Positions 11,921 to 23,935 of a stretch of 64,000 nt of DNA are shown here, piece after piece. The position numbers were made by a program, and so were the translations under genes. Within the stretch, counting starts at the first letter, position 1, and each line of letters starts with the position of its first letter. The notes under the pieces are model-generated. The model was not told where the DNA came from and did no database searches. It saw only the letters and a list, made by a program, of their open reading frames with translations. Source of the DNA: Lama guanicoe (lineage: Eukaryota). The stretch spans positions 5,000,167 through 5,064,166 of the forward strand of contig MU054001.1 of the NCBI GenBank assembly GCA_013239625.1, read 5' to 3'.

Positions 11921-14201
11921 TAATACCTGCCCCCCCACCAAAAAAAAAAGTTGGAAAGGACAGCAGTAATGCCCCCAGAAGGACTGAGAGAAAGGTCAGA
12001 GAAGTGAGACCTGCAGTGTAGAAAGTGTCTGTTATTTTATTGAAATTCATGAGAAAATCAATTGTCTTAATTCATCACATGGAAGGCTGTCCATGTAGGG
12101 GTCCCTTCCCTTTATAAAGGAATCTGGTCTGTGACCTTGCAGGACTCCCAGGCTCTTGGGGTCCACGTCTCCCACACTCAATATGATAAAAGGTTGAGAG
12201 CTCACTAACAAGACCCAAAGCCACACTCTTAAGAACCCTTGATTGGTGAAAATTCAAAAAGAAAATATGCAAGCCATGTGAAGGAATCTCTCTGCTTCTT
12301 TATGAAATTTGTTATATCCACACACAGCATTTTAGCAGCCAAAAAGAAGTCCCCTAATGTGGTCTCCCGGTAATAATATTATAAAACAATACAAAATGGC
12401 AATAACTCTACAGTTTCACTAGGCGGAGGTCTGAAATCTGCAGCGATTTCCTCAAGAACCACAGCTGGGTAAAACACAGAGCCATTAGAAAGCAGATCCT
12501 CTTCCTGAATGTCTTGAAATTCATGTCCGTTTTAATTGCCCAGAATTCATGTCACTTGTGTGAAGAAGCTATAAACATACACAATCATAAAAACGCATTA
12601 AGACACCCTGAACAAAATCAATGCCATATTATTTTAGTTTATTATTCCTTGTAGAGTTCACACTGGTCTTCCTACTTTGATATTTATTTATACCAAAGAA
12701 GAGAAAGAACATAAATGCCACACTTGGGATAACTTTAATGCTGGAATTGAGTAGAATACATATAGCTTCTGCCTTAATTTAAAAAACTAAAGCCGTCTTT
12801 ATGAATCAACCTCACATAATGTAGGACAAAGCTGAAGGTCACTGTATTATTCATTTTAAAAGGCACTGATAAGGATTAAAATTAAGGTTCATGAGATTTG
12901 AAGAACTGTTAGCTTGCATAAATGGCTTCTTCCTTCTTAACAGGGTATGACGGGGTGGGGGGAGAATGATAAATAGTATAAAAAAGAATACTTTCTCTTT
13001 CTCCTCTGGGCTTTGTTATTTGCCTCTCTTTAGAACCTCTAAGCTCTTTATTCAAGAGGTCCTTGGCTATTCACAACTTTGCTGCTCTTATGAAAAATTA
13101 ATGATTGCTTTCTCTTTGACAGAAAACTGCCTTATTTTGCAAAAGATTAACAAAGAGGACTCAGTGTAGAAGTGAATCCCTCAGCAGGAGAAGCTTCTCT
13201 CACACCAACCCATTTATGACTGGGGGAAAATACCCCCTGTTAGTTCAAGGATAGGAAGTAAATAGGTGATGTGCAGCCTGGTACAGACTGTAGAACAAGG
13301 ACTACATCCTTCACAAAAGGGACGTGCCAACAGAAACAGCCTGCCCCCAAGAGCAGGCTGACCCCGCGTCCTGCCCACTGACTCCTTTATGCCTCACACA
13401 TCGAGTGCCGTGCTGTGTTTGCAAGCTATTGTTCGGCAGGCGGATTTTCTGCTAGGGGGTTAACAGGTGAGAGCAGTTATCCTATATGCAACAGCAAGAA
13501 CAAAATAGAGAGGACGCTTTTAGTTAAGCTGCCAATGCTCAGAAAACACTTCTGAAAACACCACAGCTCAGTACTGCATCATTCTTGAATGGAGGAGCTA
13601 TGGAGGGTGGGGAGGGAGGAGCACGTTGCAAAATGATTTATCAAGGTAAGGAGAGAGCGTAAATTGCAAACAGTGAAATATTTCAAGTTCCAATTCTGTC
13701 AAATGTACACATCAGTCTTCATTTTAATATCTAGCTGCTATCCTCAAAGGAATTTCTAGTGAAATTCCACTTTCACCATTTAAAAGCCCTACATTTTTAC
13801 ATCACATCTCCCTTGTAGTTAAAAAAACCAAAGTGTAGGTGGGTTATGTCAATTATTGGTCAATTTGTGAGGGACCAGGTCTCAAACTCAGCTCTTCTCA
13901 CTCAATCCAATGGTCTCTGGGAAGCTGGTGGAAGGGTGTCCAGCCAGGGACTGTGGGCAGAACAAAGGACAAAACATTTGATAATAAGGAAGTCTGCACC
14001 AACCTAACTCTAAATACGTTTTAATAAGTGAATTCAACCACTAGACATTTGGTATCCATATTGCCTTGGACTTCATGGAGCTTACAAACTAGTAGGGGAG
14101 GAAAAAGTTAACAAATATTTACACAGCTCTGAAAGATCACACTTTCGGAGATGTGGTTTAAGGTTATATATTTTGTTTTTTAGTTTTTAAATTGTTGATT
14201 T

Positions 14202-14244
14202 TTAAAAAAAATTTGGGGGGGAGGAGGGGGTAATTAGGTTTACT

Positions 14245-14288
<44 letters not shown>

Positions 14289-14382
14289 TATTTTTATTGA
14301 ATGGAGGTACTGGGGACTGAACCCAGGACCTTGTACATGCTAAGTATTCACTTTATCACTAAGCTATACCCTGTCCTGCCAC
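14202..14382 (-). mobile_element. tRNA-derived SINE of camelid Vic-1 type, 13-bp TSD, internal (ATC)n expansion
   Basis: The minus strand reads gggtatagcttagtgata (A box)..gtcctgggttcagtccccagtacctcc (B box)..aaacctaattacccc. Perfect TSD AAATTGTTGATTT at 14189-14201 and 14383-14395. (ATC)n at about 14244-14288. Family name from recalled consensus. Confidence 0.8.
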
Positions 14383-14649
14383 AAATTGTTGATTTGAAAC
14401 TGTTTGGAGCAGGCAAGCACTGAGCTTGGGTGTTTAAAAGTGTGTCATGGAGAATCTATAAAATGTAGCTCTGCACTGATCAGCTGCTCTCAGCAGTGTT
14501 TGTAGTTGCCTGTTTTTCTGTATCATTAATGGCATATAAATGACAATTGGAGAAATTAGCTGCTCCTTAACGTGAATATACTTTTCAGAGAGCACTAATT
14601 TTACAATGCTTTTCCTCATTTATAAGAATCTTGAAATATTTGAGGGACA

Positions 14650-14885
14650 ATGACTGTTAGCATCTGCAGTGTGTGCTCTTGTGCCAGCCACTGCTCTAGG
14701 ATGTTGTAATGTATTAGGACTCATTTAATCTTCATATTAGTTCCAGGAGGCTTGTGCTATTTCTACCCCATTTTACAGATGAGGAAGCTGAGAAACAAAG
14801 AATGAAAGTGATTTGAGTAAGGTTTCTAGTTAATAGGTGGTAGAGCTGGGATTCAAAGCTGGTAGACTGGTTCCAGTCTGTATGA
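14650..14885 (-). mobile_element. MIR SINE
   Basis: ctcatttaatcttca..ccccattttacagatgaggaagctgag..gagctgggattcaaa. Confidence 0.85.
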
Positions 14886-15327
14886 CTTCTGTCTAAAGAG
14901 ATGTGTTATTCAAAAATATTTTTTAAACATCTGAAATAATTTTCAGCATAATTATAGATAGCAGATCCCAATAACTAGAAAATAAAAAGAGGAAAAGAGC
15001 CTAGAGAAAACCCACTTTTTTAGAGTATACGATGAAAGGCAAAATGAATTCTTGCTTTACAATCTATTACAAGGATTTTACCACTGTCAATATTTTATTA
15101 TTAGATACCAAAAAAATCATTAACCACAACAACACAACATTCACAACAACATAAAAATGAACATTGTTCCTTAAGGAAAATGCTATAAATATGCACACAA
15201 AAATATTTTTCTTCTAGAAATGGTAGTCAGCCAATAAATCACCAAGTCATATGTCAGCTTTCATCTCTTTCTAGAACTTAACACATGAAGACCTAGTAAG
15301 AGTTGTTCAGCAAGAATGAAAGAAGCC

Positions 15328-15446
15328 TTGTAGTAACTTGTAATAAAAAAGAATATGAAAAAGAATATGTAGAACTGAATCACTATGTTGTACACCAGAA
15401 GTGAACACAGCATGTAAATCAACTATACTTCAATTAAAAAAAAAAA
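15328..15446 (+). mobile_element. Severely 5'-truncated cetartiodactyl-type L1 3' tail with poly(A)
   Basis: aagaatat..aactgaatcactatgttgtacaccagaa..aacacagcatgtaaatcaactatacttcaatt(A)n. Degenerate TSD aagaatgaaagaagcc / aagaatgggagagcc. Confidence 0.8.
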
Positions 15447-15479
15447 GAATGGGAGAGCCAGTTAGAAGCCACTGTTAGA

Positions 15480-16610
15480 GTCTAAAACTTAAAACTTCTG
15501 TATGACAAAATAAATCATAAAAAGGTTAAAAGACAAGTTATAAATAGAGAGTAGATATTTGCAACATATTTAGTAAACAAAAGATTGTTAACTAGAAATT
15601 ATAAAGAACTCCTCCAAGCTAATAAGATAAACAACTCAATAGGGTAAAAGCATAAATGGCATATTCAAGAATTTCACAGAAAAGAAATTTCAAGTGGCCA
15701 ATAAACACAGAAGAATGTTGAACCTCACTAGTAACTAGAGGAACACTAGTAATTAGAGGAACACAGATTGAAACCGCAAGAAGCTACCTATTTCAGATGA
15801 GCAAAATTTGTTAAGTTGGTCAATATCAGATGTTGATGTAAGTGTGGGAAAATGAATGCTTTCATACACTGCTGGTGGGAGTGTAAATGGCACAGCCAAT
15901 TTGGAAGTATTCAGCCTAGTGAGTGGGAAGAAGAGCAAATCCTATGATTTTAAAATTGTCTGTCCCAGAAAAACTCTTGTGGAGACACACTAGAGAATAT
16001 ATACAAGGCAGTAACTGTAGCATTATTTGAAATAAACTGATATAACTTAAATATCCATCAGAAAGGGAATGGGTAGCTAAACTGTGGTACATTTATATGA
16101 TATAATAGTTAAGGATACTAATTTATATTTAAACGTAGCAAAATGCATAAAGCCAAAAAATGGTAAAAATAAAAAAGTTGCAGAACAAAACACAGTGTGA
16201 TATTATTTATATAAATGCCAAAAATTGATACAAACAATATTATGTTTTTCCAAATATATGCATATATATGTATATGTAAAATTATATGAAATTGTTGGAA
16301 ATATATATACTGAGTTCAGAATAGTGTTTACTTCTGAGGAGTAAGGGAAGGAGACTATGGTTGGAGGAACAGGCAAAGAAAGATTTAACTCAAAAAGATG
16401 CTTTTTTTTTAAAGGGAGAATTCACTCATTTAACATTTGAATAATTTAAAATGCATTATATACATAGAAAAAAGACTGAATCAAATATGTCAGTGATTAA
16501 TTCCAGGTGGTGGGAATATTTCTGGTTGCTTTCTCTCTCTCTCTTTTTAAAAGTTATATATTTCTTCAGTTTTCCAAAATAAAAATATATAATTTAAAAA
16601 TCAAAAGAAA
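15480..16610 (+). mobile_element. Ancient L1 (L1ME-like) ORF2 end and 3'UTR
   Basis: aaaacttctgtatgacaaaa..atatttgcaac..tggccaataaaca..ctgctggtgggagtgtaaatggcacagcc. Confidence 0.8.
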
Positions 16611-16977
16611 TGTAACTTGTGATTTGCAGCTTAACCTGCAGTGTCATGCTTCTTGTCATGCCTCTTGTTATTAGCTTTTCTTTATTTTTATCTTACACAA
16701 TTATGCTCTTAAATAGGGAAAAATTAGAGTCAGAATAGTTTCAGTCTCCATTTCTTTCAACAAAAAAAACATAGTGTATTTGGACAACAATTTTTTTTGT
16801 CTGAGAGAGCATTGAAATCAGAGAGACATACATTTCTTAAGTTATGGTTGCATTTTGGGGAAGACATTAAATTTTTGGATTGCATCATTTCATGGAATCT
16901 CACAAAGATGCATCTTTGGATTTAAATAATAGTGAGACAGTTATATCTAAGATGCACCATAGTATACTGGTTTAGAG

Positions 16978-19900
16978 CTGAGCTGTTCAGTACAGTAACA
17001 GCATGATTTTATTTAAATTTAAGTTAATTAAAAGTAAATACAGAACCCAAAGTTAGTAGAATGGAAGAAATCATAAAGATCAGAGCAGAAATAAATGAAC
17101 TAGAGACTAAAAGACAATAAAAAAGATAGATGAAACTAAGAGCTGGTTCTTTGAAAAGATAAATAAAATTGATAAACCTGTAGCTGGACTCATCAAGAAA
17201 AAAGAGAGGGTCCAAACAATAAAATCAGAAATGAAAAAGGAGAAGTTATAACCAACACCACAGAAATAAAAAGGATCATAAAGGATCATGACAGAGATTA
17301 CTATGAACAATTATACACCAATAAAATGGACAAGACAACCTGTTCCTAGAAATGTACAATCTCCCAAGACTTAACAAGGAAGAAATAGAAAATATGAACA
17401 GATCAATTATCAGTAATGAAATTGAAGCAACAATCAATAAACTCCCAACAAACAAAAACCCAGGAACATATGGCTTCACTGGTGAGTTCTACCAAACATT
17501 TAGAGAAGAGTAAATGTCTATCTTTCTTAAACTATTGCAAAAAATTGTAGAGGAAGGGTCACTTCTGGACACATTCTACAAGGTCAGGATCATTCTGATA
17601 CCAAAAACAAAGATGTTACAAAAAAAAATTACAGACCAATATCACTGATGAACATAGATGCAATAATCCTCAATAAAATATTAGCAAACTGAATTCAATA
17701 ATACATGAAAAGGATCATATACCATGATCAAGTGGGATTTATCCCAGTTAACCATGCAAGGATGGTTCAGTATCTATAAATCAGTGTGATGCACCACATG
17801 GACAAACAGAAGAATAAAAATCATGTAACTATCTCAATAGGTGCAGAGAAAGCTTCTGACAAAATTCCACGTAGATTTATAACAAAAATTCTCAACAAAG
17901 TGAGTATAGAGGAAACATACTTCAATATAATAAAGGTCATATTTGACAAGCCCACAGCTAACATCATACTCAACAGTGAAAAGCTGATAGCATTTCCTCC
18001 AAGATCAGGGACAAGATAAGGATATCCACTCTTGCCACTTTTATTCAAAATTATATTGGAAGTCCCAGCAATCAAACAAGAAAAAGAAATAAAAGGAATC
18101 CAAATTTGAAAGGAAGCAGTAAAACTGTCACTGTTTGCAGATGGCATGATACCATACATAGAATATCCTAAATATACCTCCAGAACACTAACAGAACTCA
18201 TCAATAATGCAAGCTTTACAATCAATATAAGTTGCAGGATACTCAATTAATATACAGAAATTGGTTGCATTTCTGTACATTAACAACAACTATTAGAAAG
18301 AGAAATTAAGAAAACAACACCATTGACAATTGCATCAAAAAGAATAAAATACCTAGCAATAAATCTAACTAAGGAGGTAAAAGACCTGTACTCAAAAACT
18401 ATAGGACATTGATGAAAGAAATTGAAGATGTGACAAACAGAGGGAAAGATATACCATACTCATAGATTGGAAGAATTGATATTGTTAAAATAACCATACT
18501 ACCAAAGGCAATATACAGATTCAGTGCAATCCCTATCAAAATACCAATGGCATTTCTCACAGAACTAATACAAATAATTATAAAATTTGTGTGGAAGCAC
18601 AGAGGACCTTGTACATCCAAAATAATCTTGAGAAAGAAAAACAAAGCTGGAGGTATCATGCTCCCTGATTTCAAAGTCTCCTACAAAGCTGCAGTAATCA
18701 AAAGAGCATGGTGCTGGCACAAAAAAGGTCACACATATCAATGGAACAGAGTCAAGAGCACAGAAATAAACCCACATTTACATGGGCAATTAATCCATGA
18801 TAAAGGAGGCAAGAATATACAACAGGGAAAAGACAGCCTCATAAATAGTGTTGGGAAAACTGGACAACTACATACAAAAGAATCAAACTATACTCTCTCT
18901 CTCTCTCTCACAATATGCGCAAAAATAAATTCAAAATGAATTAAAGACTTAAATGTAAGACCTGAAACCATAAAACTTCTGGAAGGAAACGCAGGCAGTA
19001 TGCTCTGACTTTGATCTTACTAATATTTTTTGAATATATCTCATCAGGCAAGGGAAACAAAAGTGAAAACAAATGGAAATATTACAAACTAAAAAGGTTC
19101 TGAACAGCAAAGAAAATTATTAATAATAGGAAAGGGCAACCTACAGAATGGGAGAAAATATTTGCAAACAATATATCTGATGAGTTAGTATCCAAAAAAT
19201 ATACAATGAACTATATAACTTATCATCAAGAAAACAGATAACCTGATTAAAAAATGGGAAGAAGATCAGAACAGACATTTTTCCAAAGAAGACATGGCGA
19301 TGTCCAACAGGTACATGAAAAGATGTTCAACATCACTAATCATCAGGGAAATGCAAATCAAAACCACAGTGAGGTACCACTTCACACCTGTCAGTATGAC
19401 TATTATTAAAAAGACAACAAATAACACGTGTTAGCAAGGATGTGGAGAAAAGGGAAAATTTGTGCACTATTGGTGGGAATGTAAATTGGCATAGCCACTT
19501 TGGAAAACATGGATATTCCTCAGAAAATTAAAAATAGAACTACCATATAATCTAGCAATTCCACCATTGGATATTTATCCTAAGAAAACAAAAATACTAA
19601 TTTGAAAAGATACATGTACCCCTATGTTCCTTGCATCATTATTTACAATAGTCAAGATACAAAAACAACTCGAGCACCCATTGATAGATGAATGATAAAG
19701 AAGATGTGGTATATATGCACAATGGAATATTACTCAGCCATAAAAATGAAATCTTGACACTTGTGATGACATGGATGGACCTAGAGGGTATTATGCTAAG
19801 TGAAATAAGTCAGACAGAGAAAGAAAAATACTGTATCATTTCACTTATATGTGGAATCTAAAATCAAAACAAATGAACAAACATAACAAAACAGAAACAG

Positions 19901-20114
19901 AATTATAGATACAGAGAACAAGTAAGTGGTTGCCAGAGGTGGGTAGTGAGGGAAGAGAAAAAAAAAAGTTAAGCACAATTAAAAATTCATTTCCTCATGA
20001 ACTCAAGCGACATTTCAAATGCTCAGTGGCCACTTGTGGCTAGAGGCTATCATATTATACATCTCAGATATGGAACATTTCCTTCATCACAGAATGTTCT
20101 ATTGGACAGCACTG
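16978..20114 (-). mobile_element. MER3-like hAT-Charlie DNA transposon split by an L1 (pieces about 16978-17040 and 19968-20114)
   Basis: Termini ctgagctgttcagta.. and ..ttctattggacagcactg. Internal MER3 motifs (gccacttgtggctag, ggaacatttccttcatcacagaa). Perfect 8-bp TSD GTTTAGAG at 16970-16977 and 20115-20122. Confidence 0.85.
17041..19967 (+). mobile_element. 5'-truncated L1 (about 2.9 kb): inactive ORF2 reverse transcriptase, C-terminus and partial 3'UTR
   Basis: ORF fragments 17786-18019 (KPTANIILNSEKL) and 18547-18939 ([16 protein letters not shown]) are L1 ORF2p. The catalytic FADD reads FADG at 18134-18145. Multiple stops and frameshifts. A-run at 19958-19967. Confidence 0.95.
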
Positions 20115-20122
20115 GTTTAGAG

Positions 20123-20353
20123 CATAGATTCTAGACACAAACGCCCTGGATTCTGGTCCAAATATACCACTTACTATCTACCTGACTATAAGCAAATTTC
20201 TTAATCCTTTTATGTCTCTGGCCTCATCTTTAAAATAAAGAAAATCATTAAACCCTCCCCACTGGGTTGCTGTAAGGATTAAATGACTTAATATATGTGA
20301 AGCTTATATGAACATATTAAACATCATATTGATAGTAAGCTATTATTATTATT
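20123..20353 (+). mobile_element. MIR SINE, 3' part (5' end at about 16955-16977)
   Basis: ccctggattc..ccacttactatc..gcaaatttcttaa..cctcatctttaaaa..gggttgctgtaaggattaaatga..agctattattatt. Confidence 0.75.
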
Positions 20354-20569
20354 ATCTCTTAGCTGTCTTACTGATGAAAGGAAAGTGCCACATAGATCTC
20401 ATCATCTCTCATTTCAGAACACCAGGACATGGCAGAAGAAGAAGCAATGCTCTGGTCACCAGGAAAAGATCCTTGCTCACTTTGGGGTCTGGATGGTCAA
20501 TGTGTCTCTGAATGCTTATGTAACATTGTCATAGTCTGGTAACTTTTTCCATTGAAATTCAGAATGTGT

Positions 20570-21330
20570 TCATTCATACATTTATTCATTCAACAAATAT
20601 TTATTGAGTGCCTATTATGTGTCTAGGCATGGGGGACATATCAGTGAATAATAACAACAAAATAATAAGGATCCCTACCTTTGTGGAACTTATCTTCTGA
20701 TGGAGAACCCAAGCAAGGAGCATGATACATAGGTAAACTTTATAGCATGCCAGAAAATAACGAATACTATGGGAAAAACAGAGGAGCTACAGGAAATCCG
20801 AATTTGGGAGAAGTCAGGTTACAATTTTAAAAGAAGGTAGGGTAGGGCTCATGGAGAAGGTGTTGCTGGAGCAATTACTTGAAGGAGGTGAGAGAGCAGA
20901 CACTGCAGATATTAGAAGAGCTCATGAAGCAGAGGTAACAACTTCTGAAGCCAGAGTACAGCAGAGGGGCCAGTGTGGAGTGAGTGAGTGAGTGAGAGGG
21001 ACAGGAGAGATCTCAGAGACAAGGAGCGAGGGGAAGTGACAGTGTAATGACCTGTCAGCCATTGTAAGGACTTGAGCTTCCACTCTGACCATGAGGGGTG
21101 GGATCCTCTGGGTTGTTTTGAGTGGAAGAGTGACAGGATCTGAGTTATGTTCCAAAGGTTCATGATGGCTACTGTACTGAGAGGAGACTGTAGGGGATGG
21201 AGGGTGGAAGCAGGGACAATATGACGAGGCACAGTAACACTCCCTGGGACACATGATGGTCTTTGGGCCACGGTGTCAGTGGTGGAGACGGTGTGAGAAG
21301 TGGTTAGATTTGGGTTTTGATGTTACAGTC
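20570..21330 (-). mobile_element. LINE-2 3' portion
   Basis: cattcattcaacaaatatttattgagtgcctattatgtg tail followed by L2 body (gccattgtaaggacttgagctt..gagtgacaggatctgagtt). Confidence 0.85.
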
Positions 21331-22879
21331 TGACAGATTAGAGAAGAGAAAGACCCAGGGAAGGCCAGGTCTGGGAATTCTTTCTACAGGACAAAGGACA
21401 TGAGAAGCATTCAAAGTCCTAACACAACCCTGAAATCCATGTGGAAAACTAATGTGTTTGGTGTCACACTGGAAACAAGTATTCCTACGCTTACATTAAG
21501 TATCAACCAAACTCATTCCACAGACACCTCCTTCTAACAGAAGTGTACATATTCTGCTCTTGGCAAGCAAATGCTCTTGGTGTTTGATGTCCACAAATGC
21601 CAAGAAAACTTACCTGGGAATTTCAAGTATTCACTAGCAGTAGAGTCCTTCACCCAAACTTAAAAAAAATTAACAAAGCCTATCCCTATTTTGGTAGGAA
21701 AGTGGCAAGTCAAAAAAGTACAGTTAGCACTTAAAATGAATAAAAGGATGGAAGAGCTCAGAGACCCCTTGCAAGAGGTTGCCATGTGACACAGCCCCAG
21801 TCTGCAGCCTCACTGATGGCTTTTGTACTCGCAGGTTGAGAGGCACAGAGAGCTCTTTGTGTCAGCCTCAGAGACCCAAGGGCTGCCTGGCTCTGGACAG
21901 AGCAGCAGAGCAAATACTGCTTCAAGACCCCACCTTCAACAACCCCTGAGGACACAGCTTGGAATAATGTGTTTAAAAAAATCTTTCTTTCTCTGCCATT
22001 CTGCTAATGTTGCTGGGGCATAGGTGGGGACAAGGGTAGAGAAGGAAGTGGACACACATAAAGGATGACTTCTGCCCTTAACTCTGTGTACTTCTCAATC
22101 ATCTGCATTTTTAAAGTAAGAATTTTGTTAATGCAATTTTTGGAAGTAAAAATTAATATTCTTCTTTTATCTAAATAGCTCGTGAGACACCTCAGTTCCC
22201 CTAGTAGAGGTTTCCAGGAGGATGGAAAACAACTGGTTTCCATATTCTGTGAAGGAACCTGCAATATAATCGAAGACAATGATGACGCTTTCTTCTCAGC
22301 ATTCGTTCCCAGAGTAAATAGCCAAGAACTGGTTATTTTCACAGGCGTTACCATATACCTCAAAAGGATTAGGGGTTACATCGCATAAATCCTTAAGGGG
22401 TTCATACATGCTGGTAATGGCATGGAGCTCATTTTAGTGACGGTTCTTACACCTGCTTTCTTAGGAAGCCTGGATTTTAATGAGGAGGAGACAGAGATGA
22501 GTGGCAGGAAATCTCCTGGGCTGAGACAATATGTAAGGATGATGTGCATGAAGATTTGGAAAGGGAGGTTCTTAACAATGTGTGTGCACAGGTCACAAGT
22601 CTCACCCTTTTCTCCAAGCCTGTGAAGGAAAAAAAAATGAACTGGTTGGCATTTGCTAACCTTTAATGGTGAAGATTGTTGAACTATACAATAGAGCATT
22701 CTAAATAGCAAACAAGGGGAAAATAGAATCTTGTTAAACTCGATATGAGAAGGATGCTTTAAGATCATCGATCTTGTAGGCTGGGGAACTGAAAATTTAA
22801 AGTGACATCCCCAAAGGAGATATTGAATAAAATGAAAAGAAAAATGCTGGTGACATATTGATTAAGCCTCACATGCTGC

Positions 22880-23337
22880 ATATCTTCTGTTTGTGCATCC
22901 AGATCTGCTCTCCCCTTCTCCAACAAGCCATGAGCCCCACAAGACAGACTAGTGTGAACAGCCTGAATGGGCTCCCTGGTGCTCTGGTTTCTGGTTAGGG
23001 CCAATGGGAGCCTCAGCAGGGTTTCACAGGAAAGGAAGGAAGAGAGTCAGGGCATTTACAACTCTGATTCTCTCCCTGAGGGGTTGCCCAGGGCTGGCTG
23101 TGTCTCTTTTTTGTGGTCTTGGCTCCTGCCAGGTGACTTTCTCTTTCTCTGAAGGTCTGGTAACTACTCCCCCTACTTGATTCTTCAGGCCTGGGGTGGT
23201 AACAGCTCTTGTTACTAGTCCTAGAGTACTGCACTGTCCCCTGTCCGCACTTTGTAAATATCCCCTTTATTAATTTCTCCTCCAGTCACCCAATTTGATC
23301 ATGCCATTATTTTTTCCCTGTTAAGACTCAGATATAC
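22880..23337 (+). mobile_element. ERVL-class solo LTR (LTR33-like)
   Basis: ctctggtttctggttagggccaatgggag and 3' end tgtaaatatcccctttatta..cacccaatttga..tgccatt. Confidence 0.6.
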
Positions 23338-23389
23338 CAACAAAGGAAGTTCTTAATTAGGTTCTTGGTGTCCTGAAAGAAAGTTCTAG

Positions 23390-23935
23390 TGGACATTTGT
23401 CATCCTTTTTGCACCTTCCTTAAATCCTTCCCCCCACCCACAACATCTGAGCTACCCTTTTTGTCTAGGGCTTTTCCTACCTCACAGCTCTGGGTGGGAG
23501 CTGGAGACCAAACAACCACATGGAAGACACATGCTCACTTTCCCAGCCTCCCCTGCAGCTAGGGCTCAGACAGTCCAGGCTCAACCAGTCAGATGGAGCT
23601 TGACTCTTGACATGACACAGGACAAGGGGGACATTTTGGCTGGGGTGGCAGCAGCACTAGGAACTACATCAGTTTCCAGATGAAGAAGCTGAGCCTAGTG
23701 TTAGGCTTGAGGTCCAGGTGCCACACCTGAAGGAATCTGCACCCAGCAGCAGGGGTAAATTGGTTCTCTGCAGAAACTTTATGCATTGCTCTTGCTTCTA
23801 GGGCACCCAACATCTGTCTCTGTGGACCTCCCAGGAAGTCTTTAAGCAACCCAACAGCCTTCAATTCATCCCTTTACTGTTGAATTAACTAGAGTTGGTT
23901 ATACTGCTTGAAACATAGAACTCTGCCTGACATAA
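23390..23935 (+). mobile_element. ERVL-class solo LTR (LTR16-like)
   Basis: cccagcctcccctgcagctaggg..ccagtcagatg, 3' end aactagagttggtt..tgcttgaaac..gaactctgcctgacata. Confidence 0.5.

Noticed and set aside
14300..14375. tRNA-like sequence with A and B boxes
   Set aside because: It is the head of a TSD-flanked SINE, not a tRNA gene.
17786..18939. Reverse-transcriptase-like ORFs as a novel RT system
   Set aside because: These are fragments of a dead LINE-1 ORF2 with frameshifts, stops and FADD changed to FADG.
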